From positions 4,932,728 through 4,978,098 of the forward strand of contig NC_057756.1 in NCBI RefSeq assembly GCF_004010195.1: DNA of 45,371 nucleotides, read 5' to 3'. The stretch is from Chiloscyllium plagiosum. Its lineage: Eukaryota. Positions 11,931 through 21,999 of this stretch are shown in pieces; position 1 is the stretch's first letter, and every line of letters starts with the position of its first letter. The notes under the pieces are model-generated. The model was not told the DNA's origin, ran no database searches, and saw only the letters and a list, made by a program, of their open reading frames with translations. The translations under genes were made by a program, and so were the position numbers.

Positions 11931-12064
11931 CCCTGACCTTTTTTGGTACCCTCTCCAAAGCATCCACATCCCATGAATAAAGATAATCAGAAATAATGAT
12001 GTTCGTTCATTGTCACTTGGTATCCTGTCCCTTCAGACATCGAAACGCAATAGCGTTTCCTCAC

Positions 12065-12120
12065 TTGCTGATATTAATAAGTGAACAGCTACCACAGGTA
12101 TATAGCTTTCTCACTCCCAG
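12065..12120 (-). pseudogene. Copy B: degenerate leader exon
   Basis: GTGAGAAAGCTATATACCTGTGGTAGCTGTTCACTTATTAATATCAGCAA|GTGAGGA (..PVVAVHLLISA) aligns with copy A leader GTGAGATGGCCAATAACTGTGGTCGCAGTCTGCTTATTGATCACGCAAG|GTGAGGA; no intact ATG seen. Confidence 0.65.
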
Positions 12121-12544
12121 GACAGTGCCTTGCCAGTCCTTCAGTCACTGACAGTCCTTTCTGTTGCCCAGAGTGCTGTGGAAGGGAATGGGTTAATGCT
12201 GAAGGCTGCATTGATCTCTGCTGTATCTGATGCTGGAGGTAAGGACTTGGGTATAGAGAAAAGAGAGAGCAACTGGTGGGTTGAAAACCGATAAGCGGGT
12301 CCATACAGACTTAACCATACTTCAGGCTGTAACTTGGATTTGAATCATTCTCATACAATAAATACATTGTCTTCTCTTTTAGTACCAGAAATGAATTCGA
12401 CCTTTAGACCCCATCAAGCAAAGGGAATGTTGACACCACATGACCACCAACTGGTAGATGGTAGCAATTGGTATCGGGGGACACAGAGCAGCTCAACATA
12501 GAAAATAGGAGAAGGAGGCGAGAATTGGAGCTTGAGTAGGCTAT

Positions 12545-13320
12545 TCATAGCATCCCTACAGTGTGGAAACAGGTCATTTGGCCCAACAAGTCCATACCCA
12601 GCCTCAGAAGAGTAACCCACTCCTCCTACTCCAGATTTACAAGGATGTTGCCAGGGTTGAAGGATTTGAGCTATAGGGAGAGGCTGAACAGGTTGGGGCT
12701 GTTTTCCCTGGAGCGTCGGAGGCTGAAGGATGACCTTATAGAGGCTTACAAAATTATGAGGGGTATGGATAGGGTAAATAGACAAAGTCTTTTCCCTGGG
12801 GTCGGGGAGTCCAGAACTCGAGGGCACAGGTTTAGGGTGAGAGGGGAAAGATATAAAAGAGACCTAAGGGGCAACTTTTTCATGCAGAGGGTGGTACGTG
12901 TATGGAATGAGCTGCTAGAGGAAATGGTGGAGGCTGATACAATTGCAACATTTAAGAGGCATTTGGAAGGGTATATGAATAGGAAGGGTTTGGAGGGATA
13001 CGGGCCGGGTGCTGGCAGGTGGAATTAGATGGGGTTGGGATATCAGGTCGACATGGACGGGTTGGACCGAAGGGTCTGTTTCCATGCTGTACATCTCTAT
13101 GACTCTATGACTAATGCACCTAATCTACACAGCCCTGAACACTATGGGGAATTTAGCATGGCTAATTCACCTAACCTGCACATCTTTGGACTGTGGGAGG
13201 AAACCCACACAGACACGGGGCGAATATGCAAACTCCATGCAGTTGCCCAAGGCTGGAATTGAACTCAGGTCCCTGGTACTGCAAGGCAGCAGTGCTAACC
13301 AATGAGCCACTATGCTGCCC
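12545..13320. mobile_element. Minus-strand HE1 SINE split by a plus-strand CR1 3' fragment (~12630-13110)
   Basis: SINE tail at 12545-12620, SINE body and head at 13110-13320; CR1 ORF RFTRMLPG...GNFFMQRVVRVWNEL. Confidence 0.85.
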
Positions 13321-13419
13321 ATATTAGATCCTTCAAACATGCTCTGCAATTCAATATGATCATGACTGATCATCCAACTCAATCCCCTAATTCCGCTTTC
13401 TCCACTTGAGCCTCTTAAT

Positions 13420-14140
13420 CTGAAGGATTTTTTCGCTGGAGCATAAGAGGCTGAGAGATGACCTTGTAAAGGTTTATAAAAGTGACCTTTATAAGGTGGC
13501 ACGGTGGCTCAGTGGTTAGCACTGCTACCTCACAGCACCAGAGACCTGGTTCAATTCCTAACTCGGGCAGCTGTCTGTGTGGCGCTTACACATTTGCCCC
13601 ATGTCTACCTGAGTTTCCGCCCACAATCTAAACGTGTGCAGGTTAGGTGAATTGGCCATGCTAAATTACCCATAGTGTTCAGGGATGTGTAGGTTAAGTG
13701 CATTGGTCAGGGGTTAATTTGGAGTCATAGGGTAGGGGACTGGGTCTGGCTGGGATTTTCTTCATAAGGTCAGTGTGAACGTGTTGAGGCCCGAATAGCC
13801 TGTTTCCAAACTGTAGGGACTGTATAATGAGGGATATAGATAAGGTGAATGGGAGGAGTTGTTTCCCTGGGGTGAGGGCTTTCAAGATGAGCAGCATATT
13901 TTTAAAATGAAAGAAAAAAGATTTTAAAAAGACACGATGGGTAATTTTGTTTACACACAGTAGTGGATGCAGATACAGTTATACATTTGAGAGACATTTG
14001 GATGAATTAATGAATAAGAAATGTTTGGAGGGATATCGATCAAGTGCTGGCAGGTGGGACTAGTTCAGCTTGGGACTGTGGTTGGCATGGACAGGTTGGA
14101 CCGAAGGACCTGTTTCCGTACTGTACGACTCTAGACTCCA
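13420..14140 (+). mobile_element. CR1 3' fragment with nested HE1 SINE (~13495-13820)
   Basis: GGTGGCACGGTGGCTCAGTGGTTAGCACTGCT head; CR1 tail motifs on either side. Confidence 0.82.
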
Positions 14141-14291
14141 TAGCTATACCGAAATTCATCTTGAAAACATTCACTGTCTTGGCCTCAAGCACTATCTGTG
14201 GCAGAGAATTCCACAGGCTCACCCACACGATGGGTGAAGCAACTTCTCCTTATCTCAGTCCAATACGGTCTACCCCAGATCCTTAAACTGT

Positions 14292-14570
14292 GAGCTGAAA
14301 ATGTGTTGCTGGAAAAGCGCAGCAGGTCAGGCAGCATCCAAGGAACAGGAGAATCGACGTTTCGGGCATAAGCCCTTCTTCAGGAATGAGGAAAGTGTGT
14401 CCAGCAGGCTAAGATAAAAGGTAGGGAGAGGTAGCCCTTTCCTCATTCCTGAAGAAGGGCTTATGCCCGATACGTCGATTCTCCTGCTCCTTGGATGCTG
14501 CCTGACCTGCTGCGCTTTTCCAGCAACACATTTTCAGCTCTGATCTCCAGCATCTGCAGCCCTCACTTTC
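14292..14570. mobile_element. Palindromic Penelope-type terminal-repeat insertion with two hammerhead cores
   Basis: 104-bp inverted arms at 14292-14395 and 14437-14540; flanking direct repeat TCCTTAAACTGTGAGC at 14280 and 14571. Confidence 0.88.
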
Positions 14571-15824
14571 TCCTTAAACTGTGAGCCCTAGTTTTGCAGT
14601 AATTATTCAGTTAATTATTTTACTTGATAAACATTTTTCAAATCATGAACTAACACGCATTGCATTGAGTACTGCTCACTCGACCTGGAGATTGTCAGGG
14701 AGCGGGGAATCTGAAAGGAAAATCGGACAGAATACAAAAGCAAAGCTGGTTATGGCAAAGATGCAAATCAAAGTGGAAAGCAGCAGAAATAAATCCTGGA
14801 CTCAACCGGGGCCAATTTGCAGAATTGTGTCAGAACGGCCAAGTTAAAATCATTCTCTCGCAATAAGATATGAGAATGGAAGATGCGACAGGAAGCAAAA
14901 AGATGAAATAATTGTCAGGACAAGCACAGTGCTGTAACATGATGAATGTTAGGAACTGAATATGAAAGGATATTCAGCATCTAGGAAGGACAAACGAGAG
15001 AACAAAGCTGGAGAGGGTGGGGTGCTGCTGATAGGAAAGGGTGGAATCAGTATATCAGTAATCATGGTTTTTGTGACACAATGGCAGTGGCCCTACCTCT
15101 GAACCAGAAGGCCTGGATTCAAGACCGACTTGAAACTGATGGAGGATTGGAGTCACACAGTGTGAAAATGGACTCGATGGTCCAAGTTATCCATGCCAAC
15201 TAGGTATCCTAAAGTGAACACGTCCCATTCATCTGTGTGTTTGGCCCGTATCTCTCATTTTCCTATTCATTAAAAGTGTGAATCAAGAAAAATATCAGCC
15301 TTCACTATGGGCTGGACAGACAGTTGCTGTGTGGGTCCTTGTGGCACACTGGTAATATCACTATGTCTGAGTCCAAAGGCTCCAGGTTCAAGTCCCACCT
15401 GCTCCAAAGGTGACAAGATTGAATAGAAATCTCGATAAGTGACAGAGAAAGGGCAATGACAGTGTCTTTGCCTTCAAGTTCGATGTGTTGCAGGGGTGTT
15501 TACCCACAATGGTTGATTGTGGGGAGGAAAGTGTCTGTATGTACAGTTGATTCCTATTTGGAGCAACGAGGGAGCAGTTCCGGCAGAAAAGTCATATTGG
15601 ATTCAAAACATGAGCTCAATCACTCTCACCACAGATGCTACCAAATCTACTGAGATTCTCCTGCACTGTCTGTTTTTATATCCAGCATCCGCACTATTTT
15701 GCTTTGGATGGAAGTTAGACTGACTGGCTTGCAATTATCTGGTCAGTCTTGTTAGGGACCTGACCCCCTCAAAACATTAAGAAGATAGCCCAGACCCAAA
15801 TTTTCATAGTTTCTTAAAATTATA

Positions 15825-16305
15825 TTCCCTACAGTGTGGAAACAGACCCTTTGGCCCAACAGGTCTACGAAGACCCTCCAAAGAGTAACCCAGACGCATT
15901 CCCCTACATTTACCCCTGACTACTGGACCTAGACAACATATCCCCGATGGCTATGGGACAATTTAGCACGGCCAATTCACCCTAACCTACACATCCCTGG
16001 GCACTATGGGACAAATTAGCATGGCCAATCCACCCTAACCTACACATCCCTGGGCACTATGGGACAACTTAGCATGGCCAATCCGCCCTAACCTGCACAT
16101 CCCTGGACACTTTGGGACAACTTAGCATGGCCAATCCACCCTAACCTGCACATCTTTGGATTGTGGGACGAAACCAGAGCATCCAGAGGAAACCCACACA
16201 GACACAGGGGGAATGTGCAAACTCCACACAGACAGTTGCCCCGAGGCTGGAATCGAACCCAGGTCCCTGGTGCTGTGAGGCAGTAGGGTTAACCACTGAG
16301 TCACT
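15825..16305 (-). mobile_element. HE1 SINE with ~4 internal 53-bp repeats
   Basis: CACCCTAACCT(A/G)CACATCCCTGGGCACTATGGGACAA.TTAGCATGGCCAAT repeated at 15940-16155. Confidence 0.9.
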
Positions 16306-16446
16306 GTGTTGCCTTAGCTGTTCTGGCAGATGTAAGGTGAATATCCCAGGAATGATGCAGCTGGTCAAACCACATGGCTTCCAGTAAAACAGAGTGTATT
16401 TACACACCAGCGAATGGAACTCAAACAAAAGATTGTTTTGTTTTGG

Positions 16447-16928
16447 GATGGCACAGTGGGTTAGCACTACTGCCTCACCGCGCCAGAGACCCGGGTTCAA
16501 TTCCAGCCTGGGGTGACTGTCTGTGTGGTGTTTGCACATTCTCCCCGTGTCTGCGTGGGTTTCCTCTGGGTGCTCCGGTTTCCTCCCACAGTCCAAAGAT
16601 GCGTAGGTCGGGTGAATTGGCCATAGTGTTAGGTGCATTAATCAGAGGGAGATGGGTCTGGGTGGGTTGCTCTTCGGAGGGTCATAGTCATAGAGATGTA
16701 CAGCACAGAAACAGGCCCTTCGGTCCAACCCGTCCATGCTGACCAGATATCCCAACCCAATCAAGTCCCACCTGCCAGCACCCGGCCCATATCCCTCCAA
16801 ACCCTTCCTATTCATATACCCATCCAAATGCCTCTTAAGTGTTGCAATTGTACCAGCCCCCACCACTGTGTGGACGTGTTGGGCTGAAGGGCCTGTTTCC
16901 ACACTATAGGGAGTCTAATCTAATCTAA
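16447..16928 (+). mobile_element. HE1 SINE with a nested minus-strand CR1 tail (16682-16866)
   Basis: SINE head and body, (TCTAA)n end at 16914-16928; inserted GTCATAGAGATGTACAGCAC... block. Confidence 0.88.
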
Positions 16929-17606
16929 CAAACAGAATTTAGAAAACAGTCATTTGAAAACCTAACTGACTCACTCGCAACTTAATGATGCCACTCCAAT
17001 TTCCTGCAACATCCCCATAAACACAACCCCTTGGAAAAAAGGTGAATTCAAACCCAAGTTCTTACAAGAGAATGTCAGAGAGAGAGAGAGAGACAGAGAC
17101 AGATGATTTTCCAGGAATCATTTTTGAAGCATGGGACCTCTTTTCACTGTAGCTGCTTCCCTGTTCCCAGCAGTTTCTAACTGCTAAAACTAAACTAAAC
17201 TAGGAAAAAAAATCCCTGGACTGGGAGAACTGGCCACTCCCCTTTTATTGTACAACTGTTTAAAAAAAACATCTAAGAGCCTCTTCCCTGATTGTTGCCT
17301 TAGGCAGTATCTGTTAGGTCCGTTACCCCAGACAAATCAGAACCTCTGCCTTTTACAACCCCACTTGAAAAAAAAAACAAGGGCAAAGTAACTTGTAAAA
17401 GGAGCAGCATTGTCACACTCCCTTGTTAAACGAAGGTACAACATTGGTAATTTCTTTTTTGATGGGGCTAGCATGGGGAAATCGTGTGCTCTGTGAAATG
17501 GGTTACCCCCTCGCTTCAAGGCTTTTTTTTTTGCATTCTCTTGGATCTTACCCCTTCACCAATTCCCATTACGACTCCGAAGGGTGGTAGAGGAGAAGCT
17601 TTTTAC

Positions 17607-18470
17607 CAAAGATGTGCAGAGTGATGGTGGCTGCTGTCTGACTGCTCCCTTGTGGAAGCACATAAACTGTGAACTGTGTACTTCCCCGCTGTTGTGCTGC
17701 GTGGCCCACTTCAGCAGGAAGGATCCCTGAAGGAGGACTAACTCCACACGCTCCCTGTAATCGATACCTGGTGCCACGGTGAACCTGATCCACATCAGGA
17801 TGCTTTTCTCCCTGAAGTTCCAGCTCCCAGTGCTCATCAGAGCTGATGGTTCCACTGGGAAAAACACATCGCCTTGAACTCTCACGTCTATCTGCCTCTT
17901 TCCTACCTGGCTTGGTAAGTCTTGGCGATAAGAACATAGAACATAGGACAGTCCAGCACAGTACAGGCCCTTCAGTCCTTGATATTGTGCCGACCCTTTA
18001 TCCTACACTAAGATCTAACTGGCCTACATACCCTCCATTTTACCATCTATGTGTCTATCTAAGAGTCGCTTAAATGTCCCTAATGTCTCTGACTCGACTA
18101 CCACTGCTGGGCAGTGCATTCCACACACCCAACACTCTGCGTAAAGAATCTACCTCTGACATCTCCTCCAAACCTTCCTCCAATCACGTTAAAATTATGT
18201 CCCCTCGTGATAGTGATTTCTGCCTGAGGAAAAAAATCTCTGAATATTCCCTTTCAACATCGTGTCCACCTCTATCGCGTCACCTCTCATCCTTCTTCAC
18301 TCCAATGAGAAAAGCCCTAGCTCCCTCACTTTTTCTTCATAACACAAGCCCTCCAGTACAGGCAGCAGCCTGGGAAATCTCCTCTCGAATGCTTCCAAAT
18401 CTTTTCGATCATGAGGTGACCAGAACTGAACACAATATTCCAATTGTGGTCTAAACAAGGATCTAGAGAG
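17607..18470 (-). pseudogene. Copy A: Cys-less IgV-like exon, split by a CR1 insertion and frameshifted
   Basis: Acceptor TTTTCCTCAG|CTCTCTA [CR1 ~18463-17931] TATCGCCAA... Reconstructed: ALYRQDLPSQVGKRQIDVRVQGDVFFPVEPSALMSTGSWNFREKSILMWIRFTVAPGIDYRERVELVLLQGSFLLKWATQHNSG(E/K)YTVYVLPQGSSQTAATITLHIF, then G|GTAAAA. Confidence 0.85.
17931..18463 (-). mobile_element. CR1 3' fragment inserted 7 nt into the copy A IgV exon
   Basis: [20 protein letters not shown]...ELGLFSLE; (TTCTATG)n tail at 17931-17946. Confidence 0.9.
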
Positions 18471-18646
18471 CTGAGGAAAAGTAAATCGCATCATCATTTC
18501 AATAAAGCAGATACAGCTGGTTAAAAATCCACATGGTAAATGGCATTTCTCAATCCTGCATCCAAACCTGACATTCTCTGACAATCTCTCACTGTCTTGT
18601 CTCTTCCCATCAAAGGGGAGAAATAACAGGAGGAAATGGTCCTCAC

Positions 18647-18698
18647 CTTGCGTGATCAATAAGCAGACTGCGACCACAGTTATTGGCCATCTCACCAT
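18647..18698 (-). pseudogene. Copy A: signal-peptide (leader) exon
   Basis: AAG-ATG-G start; MVRWPITVVAVCLLITQ + G|GTGAGG (phase 1); 176-bp intron to the acceptor before 18470. Confidence 0.8.
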
Positions 18699-19289
18699 CT
18701 TGAGAGGGCAGCTCTGGTGCCTGGGAACACCCGGTGACTGATCCACGTTTTCCAGTGACTGATCCACGTTTTCCAGTCTACTCAACACTTCAAGCAAGTC
18801 AGTTTTCAATCCTCAAATGCTCATCGGACCAGGTCCTGCTGGCTTCAGGGGCAATTCATTCCCCAGAATGGGAATTTCAAACAAAAAAAAATCAATTCTT
18901 GAAATTGGGAAGGAAAGTCATTTTAACTTCAAAGGCAGTGATCATTCTTCAGAAAATGCTTGTTTCGATCCTCGAAAAGCAAGCTCTGAAATGCATTGCC
19001 TGAAGGGCGGTAAGTTTAAAGCAATTGCATAAGAAAGCACTTTAAACAGGAAGAATGTTGTGGTTTTCGAAGGTGGTGGCTTGTTTCGGGTAATGTCACT
19101 GAAGCAGTAATTTCACCACCCTACCTAATGCTCTTTACGCAAATCCAAAGACTAGCAAACAGTGAAATCTGAACTCAACAAAAACGACCCTTCCAACTCA
19201 GCGAGCGAACTTACATCCAGCACCTCAACCTGAGCTACAAATCTTCTCGAAACTCGCTTGAACTCAATAAACTTTGGAATTAAAAACTA

Positions 19290-19822
19290 GTCTGGTTGCC
19301 ACATGACAGGAAGGATGTGGAGACTTTGGAGTGGGTGCAGAAGAAGTCCTTTAGGATGCTGCCTGGATTAGAGGGCATGAGGTATAAAGAGAGGCTAGAA
19401 AAACTCTCTTGAGAAGTGGACGCTGAGGGGAGACTTGGTAGAAGTCTATACAATTATGAGGTGCATCAATAGGGTTGACAGTGAGAATCTTTTTTTTGCC
19501 CAGAGTTGAAATGTCTAAAACTCGGGGGCATGTATTTAAGGCTGGGGGGGGGGGGGGGATTGTTCAAAGGAGGTGTGAGGGGCAAGTTTTTTTACACAGA
19601 GGTGAGAGGTGGCTGGAATGCATGGCATGGGTGGTGATGGAGGCAGATACGATGGGGCATTAAGGGGCTTTTAGATAAGCACGTGAATATTCAAGGGATG
19701 GAGGTATATGGACCTAAGGCAGGTCCAAAGGATTGGTTTTAATTCAGTGTCGTGTTCAGCACAGCATTGTGGGCCGAAGGGCCTGTTTCCATGCTGTACA
19801 GTTCGATGTTTTATGTTCCAAT
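19290..19822 (+). mobile_element. CR1 3' fragment
   Basis: GGAAGGATGTGGAGACTTTGGAG...TTTTTACACAGAG...GGGCCGAAGGGCCTG tail. Confidence 0.82.
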
Positions 19823-20964
19823 GTTCATCATATAAATATTATCTGAAAAAAATAATCTGTTTCACTAATGTCTTTTCGGGAAAGGAAATCTGCCTTGCTT
19901 GTCTACTCTGGCCTCCATCTGACTCTAGACCAAATGTTATCTGTTTGACTCTCAACTGCCCTCATATCCCTTGAACACATTAAGACTGTAAGACCATAAC
20001 GCAACAGAAATGGCCCCTCAAGCCTATTCCACCATTTATTAGGATCGTGGTTGATCTCACGTTCCTTATGTCTACTTTCCTGCCCTAACCCTGCAACCTT
20101 TGGTTCCCCGAGGGATCAAAACTCTACCTGGCTCAGCCTTAAAAATTCAAAGGAACTCTGTAGCAAAGAGTTGTAAAAACTCACAGCTCTCTGAGAGAAG
20201 AAATTCCTCCTCCTCTCAGTCTTGAATTGCGGTCCCTTTATTCAGTGGTTCTGACCTCTGGTCCCAGAATCTCCAATGAGGGTAAACATTCTTTCAGCAT
20301 TTACCCTAGATCAGTGTTGTAATGACCATCTTCAGTTGCTTCATCAATGAGCCTCTGCTAACATAGGATCAGAATGGTGCCCTGCTCTATGATGTGTACA
20401 TATTGCTTCAAGCCATTGGGAACTGCACAGTTTCTGACGTTACTGTGCCCACTTGCATTAAGAAAAAGACAACATCCAAGTCCAGATAACATTTGTACGC
20501 AAAAGTGCCAAGTACTATTTCCATCAAACTAATAAAACATTCAGTATCAGATCTCTACCCTCCCAATCATCAACTGAAATTTATTTCAAATTTGACATTG
20601 ATCTGAAATTTAATATTAATCCAGCATTTGACATTGAGATGTAACTGATCTCCCATTTGACATTGATCTGCAATTGATGTGAAATTTCAGTGGGCCAGCT
20701 ATGTAAACTCTGCGGATGCAAGAATGGGTCAGAAATTCAGCGTTCAGTGGTGAATCACTGACTTTCTGACTGACTAAAGCGTTTCACCATCTACAAGCCA
20801 GAAATGTGATGGAAATCTATCCCCATCCCTGACTGAGCCCCTGACAGGCCAGAAGACCAAATCAAACCAGACCATTTGATCTGTGTCCTATAAACCAAAT
20901 ACCACCTCCTCAAATATAAAGATGCACAATCACTGTCCATGCCCTATGCTCCCAGAAACTCCCC

Positions 20965-21281
20965 AAGGCTCAGTTGTTAGCACTGCTGCCTCACAGTGCC
21001 AGGGACCTGGGTTCAATCCCCACCTCAGGCAACTGTCTGTGTGGAGTTTGCACGTTCTCTCCATGTCTGCGTGGGTTTCCTCCGGGTGCTCCGGTTTCCT
21101 CCCACAGTCCAAAGATGTGCAGGTTAGGCGAATTGGCCACGCTAAATTGCCTGTAGTGTTAAGTACATTAGTCAGGGGTAAATGTAGGGGAATGGGTGTG
21201 GGTGGGTTGCTCTTTGGAGGGTCGTTGTGGACTTGTTGGGCCGAAGGGCCATTTTCCACACTAGGGAAATCTAATCTAATC
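20965..21281 (+). mobile_element. HE1 SINE
   Basis: GGCTCAGTTGTTAGCACTGCTGCCTCACAG, GGTTCAATCC, (TCTAA)n tail. Confidence 0.92.
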
Positions 21282-21999
21282 TTCATCAAATGCAATTTCT
21301 CCAAACCAGAAATCCTTGTCACCCAGATCAAAATTTTAATGATTGCAGAATCATGACTTGCCTCCAACAACTTATTCAAGACTATGTGAAAAGTGAGCAA
21401 TGGAGTATTTCTCATGAGAGAGGTGGTAGGTGTGGAGTTCCTCCTGAGTAGAGGACAAGGTGGACATCACCAAACGTTATAAGGGAGACGGTGACAACTG
21501 GGTGTTATATACATCCATCCTGAACCAGCAAGCAGGATGAAATGGCTTTGCTGTGTTTGCCATCAGATAATATGGATAGCTAGGCTGAAGCCAACATTAA
21601 ATAATTGTATATTTATATTAACACAGATCATCATATTTCTCAGATATGTTTACATGTTTATCTATTACAAGTGAACTTAAACAATGATCTAGCAAGTGTT
21701 ACTATGGTGCAGTATTGCAGTGCAGACTCAATTACAATTGTAGAAAATAGAGTCAAATTGGGAAATAGTTTTGGTGGAAGTGCCTGAGGCAGCAAACACC
21801 TCTCATTGATCTACGTTACACCTGTCTGCCTAGAAATATATCATTATCTCTGAGTCAAAATCCACGAATGTTGCAGCAATTCACCACATGCATTGCTACA
21901 GATCAGGAAGGTCAATATACCAGACAGATTCAGAAGCATGAAGAGAGATTGCATCAGTTAGGGGAATGAATGGGGAGGGGTGGGGAATCTCCACTTCCA

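Larger units (their letters stand above)
15750..17417 (-). mobile_element. Solo LTR-like element with nested HE1 SINEs and a CR1 tail
   Basis: TG...CA ends. Minus-strand start TGTGACAATGCTGCTCCTTTT...CCCTTG..GGGGTTGTAAAA..GGCAGAGGT resembles the start of 1312-2044. No clean TSD. Confidence 0.55.

Noticed and set aside
5116..18698. Rearranging Ig/TCR/IgNAR V segments
   Set aside because: No canonical B- and F-strand cysteines, the exons include the G strand and (in A and B) end in splice donors, and no heptamer-nonamer RSS was seen
5232..21281. tRNA genes
   Set aside because: The A/B-box sequences are SINE heads followed by SINE body and tail; no complete cloverleaf
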